DNA from: Candidatus Heimdallarchaeota archaeon
GTDB lineage: Archaea > Asgardarchaeota > Heimdallarchaeia > JABLTI01
NCBI GenBank assembly: GCA_018238155.1
Contig: JABCTZ010000039.1
Coordinates: 1-59,792 of the forward strand
Direction: 5' to 3'
DNA: 59,792 bases
The notes beneath the pieces were generated by a model. That model did no database searches. It worked only from the letters and a program-made list of their open reading frames with translations, and was not told the origin of the DNA. Shown here in pieces: positions 49,201-58,472 of this stretch. Within the stretch, counting starts at the first letter, position 1, and the number at the start of each line of letters is the position of its first letter. Both the position numbers and the translations under genes were made by a program.

Positions 49201-49731
49201 GACAAATCATTATACTATAGTTTAAGTGATTCAATACTAAGGTCTGCTTCTTTAAAAGACAAGCAAATAGTTAGAATTAATAGTGATACATTTAAAATTG
49301 ATAATCATTGTTTCAGCGTTAATCCACTAGATGAGAATTTTGTAAGTCTAAACAACCAAATTTTTAGTAAATTTAAAACAGAACCTGAAAATATAAATAA
49401 ATTTATGAGAATTTATCAAATTGAAAACAAAGCTGGAATTCCTCTATTTCTAGCTTTGGAAGATAAAGATCACATAATTCCAATTACAACAAAAGATTGG
49501 TTACATTTATTTGATTTTTGTTTTAATGGAAAACCTATTAATATAATTGGATGCAAGCGATTCCCTAAAAATGATTTTTGTGAAGTGATGAAATATATTG
49601 CTGAAGCTGAATCATGGTTAATGCCAAATCACACAAAGATTAGAACAATATCATCTACAGAAATAGAAATACCAAATTTTACTGAAGTTAAAATTGGAAA
49701 GTATTTAGGATCTATTAGTGTAATTTATTAG
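46297..49731 (+). CDS. SNF2-family helicase with N-terminal PLD-like domain
   Basis: IFHSKFMIF...TSMNES; LADEVGLGKT, IVDEAHH, ATATP, SEGLNL, QRFGRVDRLGQ. Confidence 0.92.
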   Translation: MNMENIPKVLSNRGKKIYSEMIKPLLKHTYSYDRVASYYSPLSLSILLNEFAEIWAKNGQIRLIIGFHETMKITPALKSDVEVKDAIRNAVMNAILGNANQLSTILKNNKKNTLSIIKELINQKRLLVTLVTPKVNFESYKKKKKWPNPEIGIFHSKFMIFHHTPKNSKDTKISKTRLTKFSLKNLFYRPFSLRRSSSKFSVITTSMNESVRGYSENIEDAILHHSWYEPDEIVCKHFLNRFEKIWLGEDEDVITMPFTEEFGNVVDTVYKQSDIKYFTWNKFIKLLDSSPIYHCLSFKEVGLLSHQIGVFKEALSRWPIRILLADEVGLGKTIETGALISYLQKFCNVKRIAILTPASLQRQWQKELKEYFKQDFWIYNSSLQTCENDKVSISVGKNPLSQIGKIDNVIISWHWARLGAKEQIRFNKDNLPNLLIVDEAHHARIKENNSNIEKTQLYCLLKEMQRYIPHIILATATPYQTNIHDYFSLLDILGIPENFIDSLQHYTKWVRGEIPDRMNSQIKHLKFIHGFKEKYQLNLPNIKLLHNLENKETTDIKFYKDIIQKIQKIPRNDIIATHPATFLTTRNFRSGLKNLGYGFPKSHFEGFEIAIDNNQSDLLEDIEEYIQLHLGHLERHLSENNKIGLLRSLYKQRMVSSFKAAYDTLKNRENKLQKILNDKKIDNFILNVLSEFNSESNDENDALPDFSNVSESTNLSQSILEIARTELYIVNRLVSKLEKMFTEGKIFDPKLVKLKKLLKEHLLKNHKILVFSRFTSTTSAIIDELKEFYNNAGVGRFDGKYVGIYKITKNTVEFLPCNRKTIIDYLNNGKIKILICSDAASEGLNLHAANVVINVDVPWNPSRLQQRFGRVDRLGQKSENVHLINLYYPNSIEERMYRVLENRRIDFRAVLGEVPEIMSSQQKNIINGLSKGSIPTVNITFEEIDRERKKYLKYSKFGIDTASKNKLFDKSLYYSLSDSILRSASLKDKQIVRINSDTFKIDNHCFSVNPLDENFVSLNNQIFSKFKTEPENINKFMRIYQIENKAGIPLFLALEDKDHIIPITTKDWLHLFDFCFNGKPINIIGCKRFPKNDFCEVMKYIAEAESWLMPNHTKIRTISSTEIEIPNFTEVKIGKYLGSISVIY

Positions 49732-49967
49732 TGGTTATGATAATCAGTTGATTTATTGTCTACTCAAGGACACTTATTCTTGTTTACTGATAATAATCAT
49801 TTTAAAAGAGTCTTAAGAGAGTAGTAATTCAAAAACTGATGCTTTTTCTTTTGTCTAATTTCCGTGATTTCCCAAGGACTACGATAAGGTTCTGTTATTT
49901 TTCCTTCAAAATCATTCATTACTTTATTTTGACTAAGTATCGAATTTAAAAATCCGATTCTTATCTT

Positions 49968-51497
49968 ATGAAATGTACAGATGTAGACATTCACAAGTTT
50001 TTAAAACAATATAACTCTGTAAAGTTGATTATGAACTATAAATTATCAAAATCGCATTATCTTTTAGGTTTAGAATGCCCAAGATATTTGTGGAATATCA
50101 ATAATAATCCAGAGAAGATACGCAAAGAAACTATAGGTGAAAAATTTACTTTAAATGAAGGTATTAAAGTAGGTGAAATTGCTAAACAGTTATTTTCAAA
50201 AGGGATTAATATTCCAATTGATGAATATTCGGAAAATATTCTAAAAACAAAAGATTTTCTAACAAAAAATAAGCCTTTATTTGAAGCAGGATTCGAGTTT
50301 GAGAATTGTTTTGCTAGGGCAGATATTATTGTTCCTAATGGTGATGGCTGGGATATTATCGAGGTAAAATCGAGCACGAGAGTAAAGGATAAACATATTC
50401 ATGATGTTTCTTTTCAGAAATTTGTTTATGAAGCCAATGGGTTGAAAATAAAGAACTGTTTTCTACTGCACATAAATAGAGAATATACTAGAAGGGGAGA
50501 TTTTGAAATTCAAAAATTCTTCAAGAAAGAAGAGATTACCTCAGAAGTTGAAGAAGCAATTGTCGGTATTAGAGATAGAATAGATGCAATATTCAAATTC
50601 ATTTCTTCAGATGAAGCACCTGAAGCTAAGCTTTTCTTACCAAAGATAATAAAAAAAGGCAGTCATAATTGTCTTACTGAAAAATGTTTAGTATTACCTC
50701 CAAACAATGTTTTTTGTTTGTATGGCAGTAAAAAAGCAACTTACGAATTGTTTGAATCCGGAATAGAATTAATTAGAGACATTCCTGAGAGTTTCGAACT
50801 TATATATAAACAGGCAATTCAACGAGAAAGTGTGATCAAAGGAAAACCATACATTGATACTGTGAAATTAAAGGAATTTCTTGGAGAGCTATTTTATCCG
50901 TATTATTTTCTTGATTTTGAGACTTTTTCTACAGCTATTCCAATGTTCGATGGATTAACTCCGTATTTTCACGTTCCCTTTCAATTCTCGTTACATGTAG
51001 TTCAAGAAGAAGGTGCAGAGAGCAAGCATTTCGAATATTTATACAATGGTAAAGAAGATCCGAGAGAAGAATTCCTTCGAGAATTAATGAAAGTTTTGGG
51101 AGACAGTGGAAGTATTATTGTTTATCATAAAAGTTTTGAGATTGGAAGATTAAGGGATCTTGCAAAGCATTTCCCCAAACATAAGAAGTGGGTTGATACG
51201 GTTATTACAAGAATTGTTGATTTGCGTGATCCATTTAGAAAATTCTTTTATTATCACCCTCAACAGCAAGGTAGCGCCTCTATTAAAGCTGTTCTTTCAG
51301 CTATGACTGAAATGAGCTATGAGGGATTAGAAATTAAAGATGGAAGAACTGCACCGGTGGAATTTCTAAGCGTAACCTATGAAGACTGCAAAGAAAGTAA
51401 AAAGCAAAGGGTTAGGAATAATTTACTCGAATATTGTAAGCTAGATACTCTCGCCCAAGTCAAAATCGTTGAAAAGTTGACTGAATTAGTGATATAG
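49968..51497 (+). CDS. DUF2779-like protein (Cas4-like nuclease plus DEDD/RNase H-like domain); start likely 50031
   Basis: LSKS...ECPRYLW, ARADII...IIEVKSST; FLDFET...PFQFSLH; LLEYCKLDT. Confidence 0.85.
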   Translation: MKCTDVDIHKFLKQYNSVKLIMNYKLSKSHYLLGLECPRYLWNINNNPEKIRKETIGEKFTLNEGIKVGEIAKQLFSKGINIPIDEYSENILKTKDFLTKNKPLFEAGFEFENCFARADIIVPNGDGWDIIEVKSSTRVKDKHIHDVSFQKFVYEANGLKIKNCFLLHINREYTRRGDFEIQKFFKKEEITSEVEEAIVGIRDRIDAIFKFISSDEAPEAKLFLPKIIKKGSHNCLTEKCLVLPPNNVFCLYGSKKATYELFESGIELIRDIPESFELIYKQAIQRESVIKGKPYIDTVKLKEFLGELFYPYYFLDFETFSTAIPMFDGLTPYFHVPFQFSLHVVQEEGAESKHFEYLYNGKEDPREEFLRELMKVLGDSGSIIVYHKSFEIGRLRDLAKHFPKHKKWVDTVITRIVDLRDPFRKFFYYHPQQQGSASIKAVLSAMTEMSYEGLEIKDGRTAPVEFLSVTYEDCKESKKQRVRNNLLEYCKLDTLAQVKIVEKLTELVI

Positions 51498-51676
51498 AAA
51501 TTGTTTGGGAAATCATTCGAATAAAACCTTACTATTTCCATTAATCAGAAAGCCTAAGATTTTTACACTGTATGTTCAATTTTAGGAAAATTAATATTAT
51601 TAAGCTTATGTTTTTATAAATAATGAAAAGAGATTTCTGTCTATATAGTTAGAACACGAGAAGGAAGACTTAGGAC

Positions 51677-53038
51677 ATGAACAAGTTATTAATAAAAAGG
51701 AAAGAGCTCGTAACAGTTTGCGGGGCATCATTGATATTCATTATTCTCGGTGTTATGATTTTATTACCTCAAGAATCTGAGGTGCCAGAAGTTGAAAATC
51801 AAGAGTTAGATAGTTCCATTGAGTGGCAACAAATGTACGGAGGCTCAAAACAAGACTGGGCTTATTCAATCCAACAAACTAACGATCAAGGGTATATCAT
51901 AGTTGGTGTTTCCGAGTCAACAGATATTGCAGGTTGTACAAATCATGGAGGAGACGATATTTACATTCTTAAACTCGATTTTAACGGGACAGTTGAGTGG
52001 CAGCAATTGTATGGGGGCAGTAATGGTGATTATGCTTATGTGATTCTGCAAACAATTGACGGAGGATTTATTCTAGTTGGAGAATCGGATTCAACTGATA
52101 TCCAAGGTTGTACGAACAATGGTGGGTTTGATGGTTTAATCATTAAACTAGACCCGTTTGGAAAAGTGGAATGGCAACAAATGTACGGGGGAAATAATAA
52201 TGATCTTGTAATCTCCATTCGCCAGCTCGCTAATGGTAGTTTTATTGCTGCAGGAGAATCTCGATCAACCAACATTCCTGGTTGTTCTAATAATGGCGGT
52301 GCAGATGTCTTTGTCCTCAAACTTGATTCAAATGGCACCATTGAGCAACAACAATTGTATGGAGGAGAGAATGATGATCGAGCTTTGTCCATTCAACAAA
52401 CTTCTGACAATGGGTTCATTGTTTTTGGCAGTTCAAATTCGCAACTAGCAAATTGTACAAATCATGGCGATTATGATTTTTACGCTTTAAAACTAGATGA
52501 AGCGTGTAATATTACCTGGCAGCAAATGTATGGTGGTAGTTCTCGAGAGTGGGGGTTCTCAATCGAGCAAACTGCTGATGGTGGTTATATTGCATGTGGT
52601 CTTTCAGACTCTACTGATATTGCCGGTTGCTCGTCCTATGGTGATTGGGACTCCTATGTAATAAAATTAGATTCAAATGGAAATCTTCTCTGGCAGAAAA
52701 AGTTCGGGGGAAGCTCTATGGATCTTTCTTATGAAATCAAGCAAACCACTGAAGGATATATTGCTCTTGGTGGTTCTTGGTCAGATGACATCCAAAATTG
52801 TACTAACCACGGTGAAAGAGATTATTATCTCTTTAAGATTGATTCAACAGGTGCTGTGGAATGGCAAAAACTGTATGGCGGTTCTAAAATCGATTATGCT
52901 TCCTCTTTTGATCTAACCTCTGATGGAGGTCTGATTATTTCCGGTGGTTCAGGATCCAAAAATATTCCCGGTGTAACTAACCAAGGAGAATGGGATGTAT
53001 TCATAATCAAACTTAAAGCTTGTTCAGTATATGGTTGA
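51677..53038 (+). CDS. Membrane-anchored repeat (beta-propeller-like) protein
   Basis: About 7 repeats of WQQMYGGSxxD...SIQQTxDGG...NHGxxD...KLD. Confidence 0.85.
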   Translation: MNKLLIKRKELVTVCGASLIFIILGVMILLPQESEVPEVENQELDSSIEWQQMYGGSKQDWAYSIQQTNDQGYIIVGVSESTDIAGCTNHGGDDIYILKLDFNGTVEWQQLYGGSNGDYAYVILQTIDGGFILVGESDSTDIQGCTNNGGFDGLIIKLDPFGKVEWQQMYGGNNNDLVISIRQLANGSFIAAGESRSTNIPGCSNNGGADVFVLKLDSNGTIEQQQLYGGENDDRALSIQQTSDNGFIVFGSSNSQLANCTNHGDYDFYALKLDEACNITWQQMYGGSSREWGFSIEQTADGGYIACGLSDSTDIAGCSSYGDWDSYVIKLDSNGNLLWQKKFGGSSMDLSYEIKQTTEGYIALGGSWSDDIQNCTNHGERDYYLFKIDSTGAVEWQKLYGGSKIDYASSFDLTSDGGLIISGGSGSKNIPGVTNQGEWDVFIIKLKACSVYG

Positions 53039-53069
53039 TTGAATTAGTAAATAAGAAATAATTAGTTAG

Positions 53070-53979
53070 CTATTCATATAGTACCCCCACTATTCCTTCA
53101 CTCAAATCCTTAAGTTTGGATATCATGTTCTCCTTTTCGTTTTTGGTAAAATCATGTAAATCTCTTTCCCATAGGACTAATTGTTGTGGAAGAATGAAAG
53201 CAATTTTCTTGATTTCGGGAAAATTTTGTATCTTCTTAACAGAATGATGATGACAAAGACTAGCATAAATTAAAAGTTGATTTACATCATTATTTGGAGC
53301 TTTATGTGGATGTTTTGTTGTTTTTATATCCACAAGACAATTATCAATAATTAGATCAGCATCAGCTTTTACAAAATCTTTTACTCCTAATGAGGGGTTA
53401 AGGTAAACTTTTTTTGCTGAGCTGAAAGTTTTTTGCAACCATTCCAGAATGTTTTCAAAAAAAATCTCTAATTCATTTATTTCTAGTTTTTCTAATGGTT
53501 TTATTCGAGGAAAATGACCACTTCTATATAATGCATCAAGAGCTGACATTAACCAAATGTCTTGTATTATGTCTTTCCAAGGTTTGTTCTTGTAATGATC
53601 AACCCACATGGTGCCCTTTTCGTAAAGTGCCATCGTTTCTTCTTCTCCTATGTCATCTCTGTATACTAAAACGGAACAATGGTCGTCAACCTTATGATAA
53701 ATATGATCCAAGCTTATCTCTGAAATCAGAGGTCTTTCAAGAATAATTTCCGCATCAGGTGCTATTAATTTATCACGGAAAAATTTCCTAATCATATAGT
53801 CAGTCAAAGTTCCTAAGTGCATCCAGAGACGTCTTTCATTGATAAAATTTGGGCAAGGATTTGTAGTTTCAGGTTTAAAGCTATTATCTCTAAAATGCCT
53901 TGTGCCAAAATAATCCCATTGTTTACTTTTAAGTTCCTTTAACCAACCTGTTATTGGTCTAATTTCAATTTTTTTTCAT
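53070..53979 (-). pseudogene. PD-(D/E)XK nuclease with a +1 frameshift in an A8 run right after the likely ATG (53979); annotated ORF 53070-53822
   Basis: DADLIIDNCLVDIKTT...QLLIYA; ATG-A8 reads MKKN*, whereas A7 would read MKKIEIRPITGW... in frame with MHLG. Confidence 0.6.
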
Positions 53980-54001
53980 TTATATCGCATCTGTTCTTTT
54001 T

Positions 54002-55765
54002 CTACCAAAGTGGTAATGCTCTTTTCTCATTTATCCCGAGAACAACATCTTTGAGTTGTATTCTATGTCTAAATTTCACATCTTCCAAATTAGTGTAATT
54101 TTTATAAGCCAAAATTTCCCCTGAAAGAATGGTTATAGATTTAGCTTTTTCAAGTTCTGCAGTAAACTCATCCATAATTTCCAGGACCCAGAGTGATTTT
54201 AATTTCTCATTCCAGGCATAGATCCAAGTAGATTTTTTCTTTGAACGAATCTCGGCAAGTTCCCAGGGACCATGATAAGCTTCTGCTTCTTTACAAAAGA
54301 AATCATTTTTCACTTTCTCCAAATTAACAGAATCAGGTCTAATACCAGTTCGATCACTTATTTCTCTTCCAAGTAATTTTTCTGCTTTCTCAACGATAGG
54401 ATTTTCAGGTAATAAAATACGTATGTTTACTAGATGGAAAATTTCTTCTGCAGCGGCTTTCCGATATTTGATATTCACACGTTCATCTTCAACCATCTTG
54501 GTCAAGATATTTTTAGCTAAAGCAGGATTAGGAATAGCTATTGCTTCCTTTACTAATTCTAATAGCATATCTTCACTTGATGGTTTTATCCGACCGACTT
54601 TTTGGCCGTAAATAACTAGTAAGGATTCAGCAACGTTTCTGAAGGTTTTGGTCTCAGATGATGCTAAGATATTACTTGATAGAAACTCTTGGAAGTACGT
54701 TAATGCTTCCTTTTCTGAGCCAAGCTCTAGTAGTAGTAATGCTTCAATAAACAATATTTCTTCAAGGGATTTTTCTATTTGTTTTTCTTCGGAATCAATG
54801 AAAGCCATTACTTGTGCTGCTGAGCGAATATGTCCTAACGCTCCTACGAGATTTAGCTCAATATGATTATTACTTGCGAGTTCTAAGTGGTAACCGGCAA
54901 ATTCACGATGAGCAAGATCAATAATCAATTGTTTGTTTTCATCACTAACAGATACTAAATCACTCATTTTAATCATTAATTGTAAACAAGCTAATTCAGT
55001 GCTATAATCAGGGTCGAGACGATTTTTTCGTATGATTTCCAGTATTGGCAAGTACTTGTCAATTTTACTTTTAATTTTCCCAGAAGTCAAGAACACATCA
55101 ATGCTATCTTGGATCAGAGCAAATTTCTTTTGATTTACTCCTGAATAATTCCTCGATAAAATTTCTATTGAAGTATTGATGACTTTTTCGTAGGGCAAGT
55201 AGCGGTCACTTCTTCTGAGGTAATTGTTCAAGTAGTAAAAACTATCTTGGATGTTGTATTGTATTTCACTCTTATCATTCGGGTCAGTTATGAATGGTAG
55301 TAATTTGAGAAAATACAGATGAGTGTAGAGGATGTCTATTCCATCATTCAACTTGAGTTCTTCAACAAGACTGTGCACACCGGCATCATCAGTAACGATT
55401 ATTACTTCTTTTCCTTGTTCTTGATATTCGATGGCTAACCGAACAATATCTAAATCGGTTAATTTCTCATTTCGCACATCATCTTGACTTATGTACCGCT
55501 TATCTAAAGCGATGGTTTTAATCTCATTAAATTGTTCATCCCGAGGGCTTTCTTGAAAATTGAATAGAACATTAATTCTTGCTCTGTACTTTGTTTGTAG
55601 TGGAAGAATAAGGTCCTTGTGCAAGTCATTTTTAGCGAGAACATATTGACTATTTAGTTGCTTTTTGTATTTTTGAAGGAGAGTGTGGGCATCACTTCGA
55701 TTAGAATGTAAGTAGATGTAGACGAGAGATGAAGAATCGAAAATACATACTTTTTCTTGAACCAT
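54002..55765 (-). CDS. N-terminal PIN-like nuclease domain plus helical C-terminal region
   Basis: CIFDSSSL...TDLDIVRLA...IIVTDDAGV. Confidence 0.65.
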   Translation of the reverse strand: MVQEKVCIFDSSSLVYIYLHSNRSDAHTLLQKYKKQLNSQYVLAKNDLHKDLILPLQTKYRARINVLFNFQESPRDEQFNEIKTIALDKRYISQDDVRNEKLTDLDIVRLAIEYQEQGKEVIIVTDDAGVHSLVEELKLNDGIDILYTHLYFLKLLPFITDPNDKSEIQYNIQDSFYYLNNYLRRSDRYLPYEKVINTSIEILSRNYSGVNQKKFALIQDSIDVFLTSGKIKSKIDKYLPILEIIRKNRLDPDYSTELACLQLMIKMSDLVSVSDENKQLIIDLAHREFAGYHLELASNNHIELNLVGALGHIRSAAQVMAFIDSEEKQIEKSLEEILFIEALLLLELGSEKEALTYFQEFLSSNILASSETKTFRNVAESLLVIYGQKVGRIKPSSEDMLLELVKEAIAIPNPALAKNILTKMVEDERVNIKYRKAAAEEIFHLVNIRILLPENPIVEKAEKLLGREISDRTGIRPDSVNLEKVKNDFFCKEAEAYHGPWELAEIRSKKKSTWIYAWNEKLKSLWVLEIMDEFTAELEKAKSITILSGEILAYKNYTNLEDVKFRHRIQLKDVVLGINEKRALPLW

Positions 55766-55783
55766 CCAAAATCAATTCCATCG

Positions 55784-57625
55784 TTAGTCTTCTGATAGCT
55801 TTATTATCTTAGCCCATTTTCCGTCCAAGAAATCCCGATTGTAGGTGAAAACAATACTTTGACCTATCTCCTTCTCATCAATAGAAGTTAGAATATCTCT
55901 GAACAACCGACCATTCACTTCATCTAGATGCTGGCAAGGCTCATCGATAATAAGTAATTGGAATTTCTCGAGTGATTGTTGAATAGCAAGTCTGATAGCC
56001 AACATAATCAGAAATTTCTCCGAACCACTCATTTCATAAGCAAAGAGCTCTCGTTCGGAAGACAGTGGTTTTGCTTTGGGCACAAAATCCTTATCCCATT
56101 CTATTTGCCAGGGAACTCCTTTGTATTGCTTCCAAATGCCCTCAGCAATGCTTTTCACATCAGCAGTATACGTTTCACGTTGCATCTCCGTTGTTTCTTT
56201 TGCTGCTCTGCTAATGAGTTCAACTATTTTCATTTTATGCTTGACTTCTTGCTCTTGGGTAATTTTGGATTCGACGAATTCTTTTGTAATTTCTTTAGCG
56301 CCTTCTGCAGCAGAAAGACTGTGGTTTAGTGCAGTGCCCTCTTTATCTAGAATATCAATTTGAGATTTAACAGCAACAACCGTTTCAGGATAACCTTTCT
56401 TTCGCAATAATTTAATTGTGCCCTCATTAGTACTTAGATCAACAAGTAATTGACCTGCTGTCTCTTTGAGACCTTTAAGAGCTCCTATCTTCTTATCTAA
56501 TTCATCAATTTCTCTTTCTTTCTTAGTGACTGTCTTTCTTTTTGACTCGAGTTCAACTATTTTCATTTGAAGGTCCTTGTTGAGTGTTTTTATTTCACCT
56601 GTAAGCTTCTTTAGAGTAGCATCAACAAGTTTTTGATCCATTTCACGACCACAAGTGGGACAATCGGGTATTTCACCGGATTTCAAATCGGTCGACAAAT
56701 CTTCAACGATATTTTCTTTCAATTCTTTTTTAGCGGAAAATGTCCCCTGAGAAATAATCAATTCATCAATATTTCCACGTTCTTTCTGAATTTCACCTTC
56801 AATTGTTGTCTTCTCTTTTGTTGTGCTGATTTGTTTTTCGATTAGCTTTGCTTCGAGTTTCTGCTCATTTTGCTCGCCAACTAATTTCTTAACTTCAGCT
56901 ATTTCATCAGCTAGTTCAATTCTTTTCTCATAGAAACCCTGCAATTTCATTAATTCTTCAGATGTGGAGGTAATTTCTTTCAGTCTCTTTTTAGCCTTGT
57001 TAATATCTGTTTTTGACTCTTTAACGCCCAATTCTCTTTTAACTGCAGTTTCCAGTTCCTTTCGATTTCGTTCCACGTTTCTGTGAAGTATCTTCAAATC
57101 GCGTTCAATGTTATACATGTCCTCAGATATTTTGTGAACTTTTTCAAGACCAATTAAACGATCGATTTCAAATAAAACTTGACCATCAGGTTTAGCTAAA
57201 AACTCGTGAACATCTTCCTCTTTCATGTAAATGATACGTTGAAAGATATCAGGGTTCATACCAAAAATTTGTTGAAGAAAGAGTTCAGCCTTATCATCAG
57301 TATACACAGCATCAGTTGGCTTGTCAGCTTCATAAATAAATAGCGTAGAATCTTTGCGCTTTCCTTTGTTCATCATTCTTCGAACAAGATACTTTTTGTT
57401 CTTACCCTGAATGGTCAGATCAACAAAACAAACCCTAGTATTATCTCTTCGTGGGTTAACATTCTTAGAGAGAAAACCAGTTAGATTGTATGCGATTGCT
57501 TTCGCAAGACTGCTTTTGCCAGTTGCATTATGACCGTAAACAAGGTTTTTACCGGGTTTTAATTCAGCTTCAAAATTCTCATGAGCCATCCAATTAGAAA
57601 CAGTGATTTTTTCAAGCATGAGCAT
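55784..57625 (-). CDS. Rad50/SbcC-like SMC ATPase with zinc hook
   Basis: Walker A GHNATGKSS, coiled coils, CPTCG hook, MSGSEK signature, LIIDEP Walker B. Confidence 0.92.
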   Translation of the reverse strand: MLMLEKITVSNWMAHENFEAELKPGKNLVYGHNATGKSSLAKAIAYNLTGFLSKNVNPRRDNTRVCFVDLTIQGKNKKYLVRRMMNKGKRKDSTLFIYEADKPTDAVYTDDKAELFLQQIFGMNPDIFQRIIYMKEEDVHEFLAKPDGQVLFEIDRLIGLEKVHKISEDMYNIERDLKILHRNVERNRKELETAVKRELGVKESKTDINKAKKRLKEITSTSEELMKLQGFYEKRIELADEIAEVKKLVGEQNEQKLEAKLIEKQISTTKEKTTIEGEIQKERGNIDELIISQGTFSAKKELKENIVEDLSTDLKSGEIPDCPTCGREMDQKLVDATLKKLTGEIKTLNKDLQMKIVELESKRKTVTKKEREIDELDKKIGALKGLKETAGQLLVDLSTNEGTIKLLRKKGYPETVVAVKSQIDILDKEGTALNHSLSAAEGAKEITKEFVESKITQEQEVKHKMKIVELISRAAKETTEMQRETYTADVKSIAEGIWKQYKGVPWQIEWDKDFVPKAKPLSSERELFAYEMSGSEKFLIMLAIRLAIQQSLEKFQLLIIDEPCQHLDEVNGRLFRDILTSIDEKEIGQSIVFTYNRDFLDGKWAKIIKLSED

Positions 57626-57632
57626 TCTCTCC

Positions 57633-57833
57633 CTAATCTGCTGCTCCTAGAAATTTCTTTAAAGCAGATTCAAGATCAAAATCTCTTTTATCCACTTTCT
57701 TTAACAATTGCTCAATAGCTGTTATCTCTTCATCAGAGATTTTATTGTGTTCAGCTAATCGCTTGCTCTTGTTCGATTCTTTACAAATTTCTCTAAATCT
57801 TCGGGCTAAAAATGGTCCAATTTGTTGTGACAT
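57633..57833 (-). CDS. Small helical protein leading the Rad50-like operon
   Basis: 66 aa; 7-nt gap with GGAGAG RBS before the SMC gene. Confidence 0.6.
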   Translation of the reverse strand: MSQQIGPFLARRFREICKESNKSKRLAEHNKISDEEITAIEQLLKKVDKRDFDLESALKKFLGAAD

Positions 57834-58043
57834 TTATACACTCAACAACCTTCTCCAAGATGTAAGATTATGTTAAATCAACAATAACATTCACTTGCGC
57901 ATATTTATTGTTACTGTTGATGCAAATGCCTAGCAGGAATCCGTTTTAGCACAGAAAAACAATTCAATCATAAAAGAGTGATGAAAAAAGAAAAAGGAAT
58001 AGAAGAAAAAAAACGATTCATGGAAAAAAAATTCCTAAGAATC

Positions 58044-58460
58044 CTATCTAACAAAAGCTAGAACAAGAAGATATATCAAATAAACTATTTGACATAATAT
58101 TGAACCTATAAAAGAGAGCCATACAAAGATTCGAATGGTTTTAAATGGTTGTTGTGCAGGATTTTCTTTATCCAAAAAAACAGCTAATATATCATTTTTT
58201 GTTAGAGATTCTTTTTTTAATGCTTTAATTATAATTGTACTGCTATGTAAGAAAAACGTAAGAAGAAGAAAAGAGATTGGAAATAAAAATAATATAAGTG
58301 TGGTTCTAACAGTATTCGAATCTAAGGAACCAAAATCAATCAATAAACTGATAGTATTTGGAGTGATGAATAGCACCATAATAAGTAGCATATAAAAAAT
58401 GGAAGAATTGGCTTTTTGCTTCCCTTGAAGATTTTCTTTGTTCAAATTGTTATTTTGCAT
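58044..58460 (-). CDS. Three-TM membrane protein (candidate immunity protein)
   Basis: Co-oriented, 12 nt downstream of 58473-59648. Confidence 0.7.
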   Translation of the reverse strand: MQNNNLNKENLQGKQKANSSIFYMLLIMVLFITPNTISLLIDFGSLDSNTVRTTLILFLFPISFLLLTFFLHSSTIIIKALKKESLTKNDILAVFLDKENPAQQPFKTIRIFVWLSFIGSILCQIVYLIYLLVLAFVR

Positions 58461-58472
58461 GATTTCAAAACC

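Noticed and set aside
46297-49731. Call as a complete DISARM system
   Set aside because: DrmA helicase and DrmB (DUF1998) were not recognised
55784-57625. Call as housekeeping rad50
   Set aside because: Short coiled coil and no adjacent mre11/nurA/herA, so the gene symbol is withheld
4874-58395. Numerous short antisense or nested ORFs in the ORF track (e.g. 5185-5550, 11788-12246, 20925-21320, 21736-22146, 52036-52392, 55976-56329)
   Set aside because: Shadow frames of longer motif-bearing genes
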